Below, piece after piece: positions 17,836 to 54,033 of a stretch of 64,000 bases of DNA; positions within the stretch are counted from its first letter, which is position 1, and each line of letters begins with the position of its first letter. The notes beneath the pieces were generated by a model. It did no database searches, was not told where the DNA came from, and was given only the letters and a program-made list of their open reading frames with translations. The stretch comes from Chrysomallon squamiferum. Lineage: Eukaryota > Animalia > Mollusca. The stretch is from contig CM022674.1 in the NCBI GenBank assembly GCA_012295275.1, forward strand, positions 868,001 to 932,000, given 5' to 3'. The position numbers were made by a program, and so were the translations under genes.

Positions 17836-18687
17836 TACCGTTCTCAGTGTATGTATGTGTATGTGTACAGTCAGTGTCATTAAAATGAACACCTACTCAG
17901 AAGCTAATCTTGTTTTTAAATATGAAGCGGCTTGTATGGTAATACATGTACAGATCTCTGTATACGTAATCTACGATTCTTCACTGTTGGTATGTCGGTA
18001 TATACCCGCCAGACAAAATACAAATCATACAGAATGGCAAACTCTCAGGTAAATGTTCGATTTGTGCCAAATGCTTAGAGTGGTGAAAATTTGGTGTTCT
18101 TTGACCTTCAATTTATAATATAGTTTTTCCGTTGGTTCCGTTGTTTAAGACAGAGCAGGCCTTTGTTGAAGATACAGTTTTATAATTAAGAGCTGGTGGA
18201 AGGTTGGCACCACAACGTAGGAAACACCAGCAACTTGACTTCGACATAAAGCAACAGCAAATGTTTCCTCTCGACAGAACAGAAGACCTCAACAGAATAT
18301 GCTGATTCCGTCTCGCACTTTGTCGCACTGTGAAATGTTATATCTCTTTTGAGAAATAAACTATACTGTAATCCACCATTGTTTCATCATTTGTTATCCT
18401 GGACTGCTTCAGTAATACATATCAATAGGTGCGGGCACAGTGAGCTGACCTTAACTTTTAATATGACATGATAACTACCCGTATTCATTATCAAAACAAA
18501 TCATAGGATTTCACAGAATAAATTGGCACATTCTGAATATTGAACGCAAAGTGCCTTTCCTTGAAAATTTATCAATTTAATACTGGAACAATTACGATGG
18601 CTAAATGATGACATAGAGCATATCTGTCACATGATCTTTACTAATACAGACAAGTGTCCGCTTTTAATCTGTCCACAAACACCATCA

Positions 18688-19000
18688 GCACTTAGCGAGA
18701 CCTGTCCAGTGTAGTCAACGTGACGGATATCATCAACACTTAGCGAGACCTGTCCAGTGTAGTCAACGTGACGGATATCATCAACACTTAGCGAAACCTC
18801 CAGTCAACGTTATCATCAACACTCGAACCTGTCCAAGTCAACGTGACGGATATCATCAACACTTAGCGAGACCTGTCCAGTGTAGTCAACGTGACGGATA
18901 TCATCAACACTTAGCGAGACCTGTCCAGTGTAGTCAACGTGACGGATATCATCAACACTTAGCGAGACCTATCCAGTGTAGTCAACGTGACGGATATCAT
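18688..19000. repeat. 48-bp minisatellite (ACACTTAGCGAGACCTGTCCAGTGTAGTCAACGTGACGGATATCATCA)n
   Basis: About 6-7 units, some garbled. A shorter array lies at ~34690-34987 and a single unit at ~45765-45815. Confidence 0.9.
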
Positions 19001-19114
19001 CCTCTGTTCTATCAGAAATCGTCAGTTTACATCCAACCTAATCTGGACAGTTCAGTAACATATGTGTTAGACAGCTTCAACGAAAACCCACTGTTTCTAT
19101 TTCATTCACATTAT

Positions 19115-19184
<70 letters not shown>

Positions 19185-19189
19185 GTCTG

Positions 19190-19873
19190 TCTATCTCTTC
19201 ATCTGAATTTTCCTGTTCAGTTCTATTTTGCGCTCTGAAATCGAGAGGTTATTCAAAACGACTTCTAAGGAAAATTAAATCTGAAACCGTCATAGAATTA
19301 GAAAAACCCTTGGATCCAACAGACGCATTCAAACCCTATAAAACCCAACATAATATTCAACCTCACCTGGGTTCCGTATATACAGCGATCTGCAAAAACA
19401 CCAGATGCAGTCTTCACCACATAATAAAATCTCAGTCTACGTTCAGTAAGGAACAAACAAAAAGTGAATATCAAATCTGAACTAACCTAGACTGCGATTC
19501 CAAAAACTTTGTGTATTTGATGACATGCAACTTGTGTAAAAAACAGTACGTCGGCCAAACACAAAATATGTTACAAGTTAGAACTGCTTGTCACAAATAC
19601 GATATTAAGCATGAGGCTGACATTCCTGTCGCCAAACACTTTAACCTACCTGGTCATATATTGAAGGATCATTTTGAAATAATCCCAACAGAACAAACGC
19701 CCATTCTCGAATCCAAAACTAAAACTTTTAAATTTGAACGAGAAGCGTTTTGGATTCGCACGTTACAAACCCTAAAACCATTTGGAATAAATGTTGACTC
19801 GGGCAAATGTAAAGACAGAGATAAAATAATTTACCCAATAATTTACGTTGACATTGGTAAAATTATGAAATAG
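19190..19873 (+). mobile_element. Penelope-like retroelement 3' fragment (end of RT thumb, Cys linker, GIY-YIG endonuclease), degenerate
   Basis: Translates to LKSRGYSKRLLRKIK...CKNTRCSLH...*...VYLMTCNLCKKQYVGQT...R...H...PVAKHFNLPGH...EREAFWIRTLQTLKPFGIN, typical of PLE GIY-YIG domains. In-frame TGA at 19478-19480; no RT core. Confidence 0.8.
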
Positions 19874-20204
19874 CAATATTTTAACTTACAGACTACTATG
19901 AAAAATCCACTAACAGCACGTCCCATCATAGCTTAAAAAAAAAAAAAAAAGTCTAAAAGATATTTTACTCTCTACGCGATTTTCGGAATAACACGTCTAT
20001 GCAAAGTATTTACAAATAAATTAAAAAAATGTTGTTTTCTTAAAAATTAATAAATATATAGACATAGGACCAAAGCACACTGTAATAAACATTACAATGG
20101 TCAATTTTAAGTTAAATCGAATCACTAGAGATAAAATTAGAAAATGATAAAATTGTTTAAGTAATAAAAGAATTTCCTGTGCCAGAGCGTTCTTTAGTTC
20201 ATAA

Positions 20205-20301
20205 ATACATACATACATACATACATACATACATACATACATACATACATACATACATACATACATACATACATACATACATAAATACATACATACATAC
20301 A

Positions 20302-20335
<34 letters not shown>

Positions 20336-20575
20336 CATACGTACATAGATACATACATACATACATACGTACATACATAGATACATACATACATACATAC
20401 GTACATAAATACAGACATACATACTTACATACATACATACGTACATACATACATACATACATACATAAATACATACATACATACATACATACATACATAC
20501 AAACATACATACAAACATATATACATACATACATAGATACATACATACATACATACGTACATACATACATACAAA
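20205..20575. repeat. (ACAT)n microsatellite 3' of copy C
   Basis: Direct observation; source of the MYVC/HTYI ORFs. Confidence 0.95.
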
Positions 20576-20628
20576 TAAATAAATAAATAAATAAATATTT
20601 AAAACATTTTATTTCGATTTTTTTATCT

Positions 20629-28699
<8,071 letters not shown>

Positions 28700-29910
28700 T
28701 ACTGCCATCTCATCTAACTAGAGTAATGTGTGTGAAAATAAAAACTAGTCTGTCTCTTCAAACTGGTCCAGCTGTTGCTTGGAGACTGTTTGAGTCGACA
28801 TTAATTATATTAGATTAAACAGAATTAACATCAGAAAAAGCATTCAACAAACTTTTGAAAAAAATCTTCTTTATTATTATTATTATTATTCCGTTCTTGC
28901 TGTTGTTCTTATTTATGCACGTTGTGAGTACCGATATGATGCAAGTGAATAAAGATTGTAAATGTGTTAAAATAACATTTGTGTAAATCTTGTCCCTCTT
29001 GTAAAGCGGTGCCTGTCTTGTACGGACACCCGTGGGTTGGAGCAAAAGTATCGCTACATCGCAGGTTTCCCCTTCATCAGAGGAGCAAAATCTACACACA
29101 GTTTCCTTTCATTGTATTTACAATCTTAAAAATGCACTGCGCTATCTTTATACAGCACGGATCTCATCCACTGTAGGAATATGGAATCCATGTAAACCAA
29201 AAAGGAAATTATTGTAGCCAAAATAAAATATTAAAAGGAAGAACATGAAATATGTTTTACTTATATCGTAACTCATTTTAGATTAATTAAATTCACAGAA
29301 CAGTAACTTATAAATATGTCTTATCTATACATATTTAAACGTGTATTTCCAAAGTATATATAAATGTAGACATGTGGGATCATAGAATCATACAGATGTT
29401 ATGTGTATCATCTCTCCTATAAACATATATACACAATGTCAAGTACACAGATATAGATACACACATACATACACATACATTCAAACATACACAAACACAG
29501 ATAGGTTCAACCACACACACACTCACACGCACATATATATATATATATATATATACAGCCATCCAAAAAGAAAGATTGACATACACTCAAACACTAAGCA
29601 TAACACAGAGATAGACAGATATGTTGTGTGTATATGTACGTCTGTCTCTATGTGAATATGTGTATCTATGTGTATCTTTGTCTATATGTCAGTGATAAAG
29701 AACATTAAAAATTGAAATATCTAATGCATGTTTGCTCATATATAATATTCAAACCTCAAATCATGGCATAAATTCTTTCCAAGTCGATTTAAATTTAAAA
29801 TCATCAGTAAAATAAAATCATTAAAAGTTCTGATTAAAACCTACTAATTAAAATCTACTAATTAAAATCTACTAATTAAAATCTACTAATTAAAATCTAC
29901 TAATTAAAAT

Positions 29911-30110
29911 NNNNNNNNNNNNNNNNNNNNNNNNNNNNNNNNNNNNNNNNNNNNNNNNNNNNNNNNNNNNNNNNNNNNNNNNNNNNNNNNNNNNNNNNNN
30001 NNNNNNNNNNNNNNNNNNNNNNNNNNNNNNNNNNNNNNNNNNNNNNNNNNNNNNNNNNNNNNNNNNNNNNNNNNNNNNNNNNNNNNNNNNNNNNNNNNNN
30101 NNNNNNNNNN
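29911..30110. other. Assembly gap (200 N)
   Basis: Run of N. Confidence 1.
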
Positions 30111-30174
30111 CAACATATTAAAATAATTTAACAAGAAGAGCCAAGATAAATAAATAAAAAAATAAACATAAATA

Positions 30175-30218
<44 letters not shown>

Positions 30219-30603
30219 AATAAGGAAAAACTGTAGCAATAATATTAAATAATAATAATGATGGTGATGATGATGATGATGATTATGATAAGAATAAAAA
30301 TAACAATAACGATACTACTACTACTACTACTAATAATAATAATAGAAATAGGAAACAGAAACAGAAGTAAGGTATATTCAATAACATCATTCAGACAATA
30401 TTACTATCTGTGATGATAACTCAAGTTTATCTGAAAAATTATCCTAAACTAATCCGCAAACCAAATTAAACAGATGACACAAGGTTAATTTAAGAGACTG
30501 AAAGACTTCTTTTATTCTTTCAATCCTTTCTGTCATTCCTTATTCCTTTCGTTCGTTCATCCATTAATTGATACACTATAACACTCACTGAGAAAAGACA
30601 TAC

Positions 30604-31332
30604 CTGTATTATTTTTAAAATTCGTTGTGAAGACAATGTACGTAACAGGAAAACACAAAAGTGCTAAAATAGAGAAACATTTCTTCCTGAAAAAATAAAT
30701 AAATAAAATAAGTAACATTTAATACTAATAAATGTAATAATGATGATGATATTAATAATAGTTAATATAATTTAACAGAATTTTAATCAACATAATTTAA
30801 CACTGTTTATTCAGCAGAATCTAACAATTAACAGAATTCATCAATGCTTAACGTAACAAAAATGAACAGTTTTCTTTTCGTTTTAATTACCTTTTTATGT
30901 CACTTTGCGTCAAAAATATCAGATTACAGTTCTAAATATGCTACACTCTTGATACTTTGAATGTATGTATGTTTATATTTATGTATATATGTTGTATGCA
31001 TGAATATTTGCATGTATATATGCATATATCTGTATGTGTTTGTATAAATGTATATATATACACATATACACACACATATGTGTATACATTGCTGTTATGT
31101 AAAATATTCCTAAATTAATCTGAATATGTCTCAGTCAAAAATTAAATAAATAACAAAAATCTGCAAACCTGAAAGTTATATTATATTCCCTGACATTCAG
31201 TTATTAGTCAAGTTTATCTTTCTAACTTTGTCTTCGTTACTGTACGAATGTATTAATGATTTGCTCTCGCTAGAAAATATTCAGAAGACGAACTTACCTT
31301 GAACTGGTGACAAATCTTGAACAGTCTCCCAT
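30604..31332 (-). other. Second copy of copy C exons 1-2 (31332-31298, 30686-30604) inside a near-identical block beside the gap; probably haplotype or assembly duplication
   Basis: 30111-~32570 repeats 27468-29910 and differs only by a few SNPs, small indels and microsatellite lengths. Confidence 0.65.
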
Positions 31333-31502
31333 TACTGCCATCTCATCTAACTAGAGTAATGTGTGTGAAAATAAAAACTAGTCTGTCTCTTCAAACTGGT
31401 CCAGCTGTTGCTTGGAGACTGTTTGAGTCGACATTAATTATATTAGATTAAACAGAATTAACATCAGAAAAAGCATTCAACAAACTTTTGAAAAAAATCT
31501 TC

Positions 31503-31560
<58 letters not shown>

Positions 31561-32489
31561 CGTTCTTGCTGTTGTTCTTATTTATGCACGTTGTGAGTAC
31601 CGATATGATGCAAGTGAATAAAGATTGTAAATGTGTTAAAATAACATTTGTGTAAATCTTGTCCCTCTTGTAAAGCGGTGCCTGTCTTGTACGGACACCC
31701 GTGGGTTGGAGCAAAAGTATCGCTACATCGCAGGTTTCCCCTTCATCAGAGGAGCAAAATCTACACACAGTTTCCTTTCAACATATTTACAATCTTAAAA
31801 ATGCACTGCGCTATCTTTATACAGCACGGATCTCATCCACTGTAGGAATATGGAATCCATGTAAACCAAAAAGGAAATTATTGTAGCCAAAATAAAATAT
31901 TAAAAGGAAGAACATGAAATATGTTTTACTTATATCGTAACTCATTTTAGATTAATTAAATTCACAGAACAGTAACTTATAAATATGTCTTATCTATACA
32001 TATTTAAACGTGTATTTCCAAAGTATATATAAAGGTAGACATGTGGGATCATAGAATCATACAGATGTTATGTGTATCATCTCTCCTATAAACATATATA
32101 CACAATGTCAAGTACACAGATATAGATACACACATACATACACATACATTCAAACATACACAAACACAGATAGGTTCAACCACACACACACTCACACGCA
32201 CACATATATATATATATATATATATACAGCCATCCAAAAAGAAAGATTGACATACACTCAAACACCAAGCATAGACAGATATGTTGTGTGTGTATATGTA
32301 CGTCTGTCTCTATGTGAATATGTGTATCTATGTGTATCTTTGTCTATATGTCAGTGATAAAGAACATTAAAAATTGAAATATCTAATGAATGTTTGCTCA
32401 TATATAATATTCAAACCTCAAATCATGGCATAAATTCTTTCAAAGTCGATTTAAATTTAAAATCATCAGTAAAATAAAATCATTAAAAG

Positions 32490-32690
32490 TTCTAATTAAA
32501 ATCTACTAATTAAAATCTACTAATTAAAATCTACTAATTAAAATCTACTAATTAAAATCTACTAATTAAAATCTACTAATTAAAATCTACTAATTAAAAT
32601 CTACTAATTAAAATCTACTAATTAAAATCCACTAATTAAAATCTACTAATTAAAATCTACTAATTAAATCTACTAATTAAAATCCACTCA
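32490..32690. repeat. 14-bp tandem repeat (TAATTAAAATCTAC)n; also 29830-29910 running into the gap
   Basis: Perfect array. Degenerate relatives (AAAATCYACTT...) at ~5230-5440, 15450-15600, 44440-44660, 55260-55480 and 56550-56780. Confidence 0.9.
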
Positions 32691-34689
32691 CTAAAATCCA
32701 GAAAACGCTAAGAATCTGCTTGTACAACCAAACTGCTAAAAACGCGTGCCAGATTGAAATCCACTTATTAAAATCCTGACGAAGTTAACAATCTCCTTTT
32801 GTACACGTTATATTAAAAATCCATATGAGATCAAAATCAATTTATTATAATCCAGATGCAGAAACAAACTAACGAAAATCCACGTGTGTCTAAAATCTGA
32901 TTGTTACAGATGTCTGTAACAGGTGTGACAAATATTTTAAAATAGTTATCAAAGTCACTGGGGCATGCAGAATTTAGCTGCATTTGTCATCATAGGCATT
33001 TATACGTGTGCGCGTGTGTTATTTGTCTGCGTGATGTATGTATACACATATGTGTATAAATGGCTGTCTATTATTTAATATATTGTTAAATATGTTTAAT
33101 ATATCTCGCTCAAAAGATAAATAATGTAAATTAATGAATAAATAAATAAATGATACAAATCTGCAAAATGAAAAGTGAAATTATACTCTGTGACATTCAG
33201 CTATTAGTAAAGCTTATATTTCTAACCTTCTGTTCGTTACTACATGAATGATTCACTCAATAAACAGAAAGTACTCAATAGTTGCTTGATAATATACGGG
33301 AATCGTAAATTGTGATACAGCAATAAAAACTTGAAGAATCTCGCGTTACTGTCATCTGAACTAGCTATGGTACATAATTTTAATAAGTCAATCATTTAAC
33401 ATCATTCCGTGATTTTTATGTTTTTTAAATCCTGCATCGTCTCGGTTCTGTTGGGATCGAAACAATTGGTGCGACTGTTTCAAGTCGGAGTTCTACTTGG
33501 GTTTCAAGTGCATTATTGTATTTGACGTAAAACTACCTTGTGCGTATTATGAGTTTCATGACAGGAAAATATGCTTTATTAGAAAGGATCAATGAAGTCG
33601 ATATATTTGCAGATGTGTTTCCAACTGTGATGCTTGCTGTGGCAATGCCAGCACACGACGATTTATTTATGTTGTGAGTACCGCTGTGATGCAATATAAA
33701 TTATAAATACGTGAAAATAAAATCTACAGACAATTTCTTTTTATCACATTTACATTCTTATGTATGTATGTATGTATGTAGTTCCGGAATTTGAATATTC
33801 TGTGTCTTATGTACATCTAAATAGACTCTGCACTTAGACAATATTTGGGAATTCACTGGCACACGAGGACAAAGTCCAGTCACAACCTCACAAACCCGTC
33901 AGATGCCGCTAACGAGACTCGAACGTGTAGCACCCATTTTGTATGTTACCGTTCTCAGTGTATGTATGGATGTGTGTACAGTCAGTGTCATTAAAGTGAA
34001 CACCTACTCAGAAGCTAATCTTGTTTTTAAATATGAAGCGGCTTGTATGGTAATACATGTACAGATCTCTGTATACGTAATCTACGATTGTTCACTGTTG
34101 GTATGTCGGTATATACCCGCCAGACAAAATACAAATCATACAGAATAGCAAACGCTCAGGTAAATGTTAGATTTGTGCTAAATGCTTAGAGTGGTGAAAA
34201 TTTGGTTTACTTTGACCATCAATTTAGAATATCAGTTTTTCCGTTGGTTCCGTTGTTTAAGACAGAGCAGGCCTTTGTTGAAGATACAGTTTTACAACTA
34301 AGAGCTGGTGGAAGGTTGGCACCAAAACGTAGGAAACACCAGCAACTTGACTTCGACATAAAGCAACAGCAAATGTTTCCTCTCGACAGAACAGAAAACC
34401 TCAACAGAATATGCTGATTCCGCCTCGCACTTTGTCGCACTGTGAAATGTTATATCTCTTTTGAGAAATAAACTATACTGTAATCCACCACTGTTTCATC
34501 ATTTGCTATCCTGGACTGCTTCAGTAATACATATCAATAGGTGCGGGCACAGTGAGCTGACCTTAACTTATAATATGACATGATAACTACTCGTATTCAT
34601 TATCAAAACAAGACATAGTATTGAACGCAAAGTGCCTTTCCTTGAAAATTTATAAATGTAATATTGGAATAGATAACACTTACAATTGA

Positions 34690-34987
34690 CGGATATCATT
34701 TATCTACTTGAATGATGACAGTGTAGTCAACTTTTGACGGATATAGACGTGACGGATATCATCAGATGAGACCTTTCCACTAATACAGACGTGACGGATA
34801 TCATCAACTTTTAATCTGAGACAGTCAACGTGACGGATATCATCAACACTTAGCGAGACCTGTCCAGTGTAGTCAACGTGACGGATATCATCAACACTTA
34901 GCGAGACCTGTCCAGTGTAGTCAACGTGACGGATATCATCAACACTTAGCGAGACCTGTCCAGTGTAGTCAACGTGACGGATATCAT
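34690..34987. repeat. 48-bp minisatellite, paralogous array
   Basis: Three clean units plus garbled partial units. Confidence 0.85.
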
Positions 34988-35100
34988 CCCTGTTCTATCA
35001 GAAATCGTCAGTTTACATCCAACCTAATCTGGACAGTTCAATAACATATGTGTTAGACAGCTTCAACGAAAACCCACTGTTTCTATTTCATTCACATTAT

Positions 35101-35218
<118 letters not shown>

Positions 35219-35229
35219 GTCTGTCTATC

Positions 35230-35901
35230 TCTTCATCTGAATTTTCCTGTTCAGTTCTATTTTGCGCTCTGAAATCGAGAGGTTATTCAAAACGAGTTCT
35301 AAGGAAAATTAAATCTGAAACCGTCATAGAATTAGAAAAACCCTTGGATCCAACAGACGCATTCAAACCATATAAAACCCAACATAATATTCCACCTCAC
35401 CTGGGTTCCGGATCTACAGCGATCTGCAAAAACACCAGATGCAGTCTTCACCACATAATAAAATCTCAGTCTACGTTCAGTAAGGAACAAACAAAAAGTG
35501 AATATCAAATCGGAACTAATCAAGACTGCGATTCCAAAAATGTTGTGTGTTTGATGACATGCAATTTGTGTAAAACACAGTACGTCGGCCAAACACAAAA
35601 TATGTTACAAGTTAGAACTGCTTGTCACAAATACGATATTAGGCATGAGGTTGACATTCCTGTCGCCAAACACTTTAACCTACCTGGACATATACTGGAG
35701 GATCATTTTGAAATAATCCCAATAGAACAAACGCCCATTCTCGAGTCCAAAACTGAAACTGACCTTTTCAGACTTGAAGGAGAAGTGTTTTGGATTCGCA
35801 CGTTACAAACAATAAAACCTTCTGGAATAAATGTTGACTCATTTACAGTCGCAGCAATGTTGACGTTGGTTACGTTAAGTTACGAAGGAGCAGTATTTTA
35901 A
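35230..35901 (+). mobile_element. Penelope-like GIY-YIG fragment, copy 2 (open frame, motif Tyr changed to Cys)
   Basis: Paralogue of the 19.2-19.9 kb fragment: NVVCLMTCNLCKTQYVGQT...HFNLPGH...EGEVFWIRTLQTIKPSGIN. The 283-aa ORF N-terminus is (CT)n read-through. Confidence 0.8.
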
Positions 35902-36675
35902 TTTACAGACTGCTATGAAAAATCCACTAACAGCACGTCCCATCATAGCTTACAGAAAAAAAAACCAAGTCTAAAAGACATTTTACTCTCTACGCGATTT
36001 TCGGAATAACACGTCTATGCAAAGCATTTACAAATAAATTCAATAAAAAGTCATGAAATGTTTTAAGATGTTTTCAAAGAATATGTCATGTGTTTACGAA
36101 TTTTTTGGAATGTATTTTTTATAATGTTATTATTATTATTTTTATTTTTTTTACAGACTTTGAGAAAGGATATCTTCTAAATAGTGTTTAAAATAGTTTT
36201 AAATAGATTTTTGACTTGTATTTCTTTCTAGAAGTGTATTGGTATTAAATGTCACAATATTTTATAGATTTATATTTAGAAAGGATACTTTCTAAATAGT
36301 TTTTGAAATAGTTTTAAATAGATTTAGAGATGTACTGTTTTGCTCTATAAATGTATTTTTAAATATGTCTCAATGCTTCTGCATATAGTTTTAAAAGGTT
36401 TCATGCATGTAAATAAATCTTGTTAAATGGGTTTTTTTATGTATGAAATTAATTAATACATAGACAAAGCACAAAAACACAATGGTCAATTTTGAGTTAA
36501 ATCGAATTCCTAGAGATAAAATTAGAAAATGATTAAATTTTTTTAAATAATAAATATACACATAACATACATACATACATACATACATATACATACATAC
36601 ATACATTCATACATACAAATAGACATATACATACATTCATATTAATAAAAACATTTTATTTTTATTTTTTAATCT

Positions 36676-43270
<6,595 letters not shown>

Positions 43271-44787
43271 AACTGCTATCTCCTCTAACTAGAGTAATGT
43301 GTAACAAAACAAACACTGTTATCTTTCTTCTAACAGGTCACGTTGTTCACAGCAAACTGTTTGAGTCGAAACAAAATTATTATTATTATTATTATGATTA
43401 TGATTATTATTTTGTTGTTGTTGTTGTTGTTTTTCTTGTTTACGTTCGTTGGAGGCACCTGTATGCTGTATGTTAATAAAGATCGCAAATATTTTAAAAT
43501 AAAAATGTCTGAACATTTTGTCCCTCTCATGAGGTCCAACAAAAGTGTCCCTACATCGCAGATTTCTCCTTATTATGATAACATTTACACGTAATTTTCT
43601 TTTGATATATTTATAATCTTCAGAATTGATAGCACAATCTTAAGATAGCGCAAATCGGCAAATCAAGCGGAACATATGAATTGTAGGAATGTGAACGAAA
43701 AACATTTTTTTTTATGCCAAGACCAAAAATACAAAAGAAGAATATAAAATAACTTTTTCATATATTCTGACTCACTTTAGATTAATAAAATTCACACATC
43801 GGTATCTTATAAACATGTTTTACACACACGCATACACACACACAAAACAAAACATTGGAATACACTTAAACACTAAGCATAACCCAGAGATATACAGATA
43901 CTGTGGGTGTATACGTGTATGTGTGTATCTGTATGTGGATATGTGTATCTGTGTGTATCTTTGTCTATATCTCAGTCTTAAAGAACATTAAAAATTAAAA
44001 TAACTAATGAAAATTTGTGAAGGGTTATCTGACTAGTATGGACACCCATGGGATCCAGCAAAAGTTTTCCTACATCGCAGGTTTCCCCTTCATCAGAGAG
44101 ACAAAGTTTACACACAATTTCCTTTCAACATATTTACAATCTTCAGATAGCGCAGATCGGAAAATTGCGCGGAACACATCCACTGCAGGAATTTGAATTC
44201 CATGTAAACCAAAAAAGACATTTTTCTAACCAAAAGTGAAAAAAACGAAATATATGTGGATATGTGTATCTATGTGTGTCCGTGTCTATATGTCAGTCTT
44301 AAAGAACATCAACAATTGAAATATCTAATGAATGTGTGCAGATGTAAAATATTCAAAGTTCAAATCATGCTACAACTTCTTTCTAAGTCCATTTAAATTT
44401 AAAATCATCAGTATAATAGAATCATAAAAAAATACGTGTCAAATTAAAATCTACTCACTGAAATCCAGAAAAGTTTAAAAATCTACTTGTAGAACCAAAC
44501 TGTTAGGTAAAAATCCACTTATTAAAATCCAAATAATGTTAAAAAAAAAATCTACTTTTGTACACAATATACTAAAAATCCATTACAGATTAAAATCTAC
44601 TTATTAAAATGCAGATAGTTAAAAGTCCACTTGTAGAAACAAACTAACGAAAATCCAGGTCTGTGTAACATCAGATTTTTAAAGATGTCTGTAAGCGGGG
44701 TGACAAATATTTAATAATTTTTTTCTTTCTCTAAACCACTGGGACATGCTGACTTTAGTTGCTTTTGTCATCGTAGGTATTTGTGTG

Positions 44788-44849
<62 letters not shown>

Positions 44850-44885
44850 ATGATTTATACAAACAAACAAACAAACAAATAAATA

Positions 44886-44962
<77 letters not shown>

Positions 44963-45894
44963 TATAAAAATCTGCAAAATTAAAAACAAAATCAAATATA
45001 ATAAATAAATAAATAAGTAAATAAATCAAGAAATCAAGAAATGTCAAATTAAATACCAACAAAAATCTACAAAATCCGTGGGTCCGAGAAAAAGTACCCT
45101 CATCAGAGAGAAAAAACATACAATTTTTTTTTTTTATTGACGTATTTGCAGTCTTAAGAATGCACTATAGGAATGTGAGGAAAAGAAAAGAAAAGAAAAT
45201 GAAAAAAAAAAAAAAAGCAAAAGAATGTGAAATGTATTTTACATAATTTTACAGAACAATAACTTATAAATATGCTTTAGATATATATATAAAAGGAAAC
45301 ACCAGCAACTTGACTTCGACATAAAGCAACAGCAAATGTTTCCTCTCGACAGAACAGAAAACCTGAGTAGAATATGCTGATTCTGCCTCCCACTTTGTCG
45401 CGCTGTTAAATGTTATAACTCTTTTGAGAAATAAACTATACTGTAATCCACCACTGTTTCATCATTTGTTATCCTGGACTGCTTCAGTAATACATATCAA
45501 TAGGTGCGGGCACAGTGAGGTGACCTTAACTTATAATATGACATGATAACTACTCGTATTCATTATCAAAACAAGACATAGGATTTCACAGAATAAATTG
45601 GCACATTCTGAATATTGAACGCAAAGTGCCTTTCCTTGAAAATTTATGAATTTAATACTGGAACAGACAACAATTACGATGGCTAAATGATGACATAGAG
45701 TATATCTGTCAGATGATCTTTACTAATACAGACAAGTGTCCGCTTTTAATCTGTCCACAGACATCATCAACACTTAGCGAGACCTATCCAGTGTAGTCAA
45801 CGTGACGGATATCATCCCCTGTTCTATCAGAAATCGTCAGTTTACATCCAACCTAATCTGGACAGTTCAGTAACATATGTGATAGACAGCTTCA

Positions 45895-46570
45895 ACGAAA
45901 TCCCACTTCTACGAAATTCTCTCTGTGTCTTCATCTGAATTTGTTTGTTCAGTTCTATTTTGCGCTCTGAAATCGAGAGGTTATTCAAAACGAGTTCTAA
46001 GGAAAATTAAATCATAGAATTAGAAAAACCCTTGGATCCAACAGACGCATTCAAACCATATAAAATCCAACATAATATTCAACCTCACCTGGGTTCCGGA
46101 TCTACAGCGATCTGCAAAAACACCAGACGCAGTCTTCACCACATAATAAAATCTCAGTCTACGTTCAGTAAGGAACAAACAAAAAGTGAACATCAAATCC
46201 GAACTAATCAAGACTGCAATTCCAGAAATGTTGTGTGTTTGATGACATGCAACTTGTGTAAAAAAAACAGTACGTCGGCCAAACACAAAATATGTTACGA
46301 GTTGTCACAAATACGATATTAGGCATGACGTTGACATTCCTGTCGCCAAACACTTTAACCTACCTGGACATATACTGGAGGATTATTTTGAAATAATCCC
46401 AATAGAACAAACGCTCATTCTCGAGTCCAAAACTGAACCTGGCCTTTTCAGACTTGAACGAGAAGCGTTTTGGATTCGCACGTTACAAACAATAAAATCT
46501 TTTGGAATAAATGTTGACTCATTTACAGTCGCAGCAGTGTTGACGTTGGTTAAGTTACGAAGGAGCAATA
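45895..46570 (+). mobile_element. Penelope-like GIY-YIG fragment, copy 3 (frameshifted)
   Basis: Same sequence with small deletions (~46012, ~46300) and an extended A-run at ~46260 that break the frame. Confidence 0.78.
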
Positions 46571-47344
46571 TTTTAATTTACAGACTGCTATGAAAAATCC
46601 ACTAACAGCACGTCCTGTCATAGCTTACAGAAAAAAACCCAAGTCTAAAAGACATTTTACTCTCTACGCGATTTTCGGAATAACACGTCTATGCAACGCA
46701 TTTAAGAATTAATTCAATAAAAAAAGTCATGAAATGTTTTAAGATGTTTTCAAAGGATATGTCATGTGTTTACGAATTTTTTTGGAATGATTTTTTTTAT
46801 AATGTTATTATTATTATTATTATTTTTTTTTTACAGACTTTGAGAAAGGATATCTTCTAAATAGTGTTTAAAATAGTTTTAAATAGACTTTTGACTTGTA
46901 TTTCTTTCTAGAAGTGTATTGGTATTAAATGTCACAATATTTTATAGATTTTTTTTAGAAAGGATACTTTCTAAATAGTTTTTGAAATAGTTTTAAATAG
47001 ATTTAGACATGTACTGTTTTGTTCTATAAATGTATTTTTAAATATGTCTGAATGCTTCTGCATATAGTTTTAAAAGGTTTCATGCATGTAAATAAATCTT
47101 GTTAAATGGGTTTTTTTTTATATATGAAATTAATTAATACATAGACAAAGCACAAAAACACAATGGTCAGTTTTGAGTTAAATCGAATTCCTAGAGATAA
47201 AAATAGAAAATGATTAAAAAAAATTAAATAATAAATATACATATAACATACATACATACATACATACATACATACACTCATTCATAGATACATGCATACA
47301 TACATCAATATTAATAAAAACATTTTATTTTTATGTTTTAATCT

Positions 47345-54033
<6,689 letters not shown>

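Noticed and set aside
17792-18328. ORFs 17792-18052 and 18113-18328 and their counterparts near 33.9-34.4 kb
   Set aside because: They are similar only because of the segmental duplication. Stops differ between copies, and there is no domain or clear splice signal.
18688-19000. 48-bp repeats as a CRISPR array
   Set aside because: The units are contiguous with no unique spacers, the context is eukaryotic and there are no cas genes.
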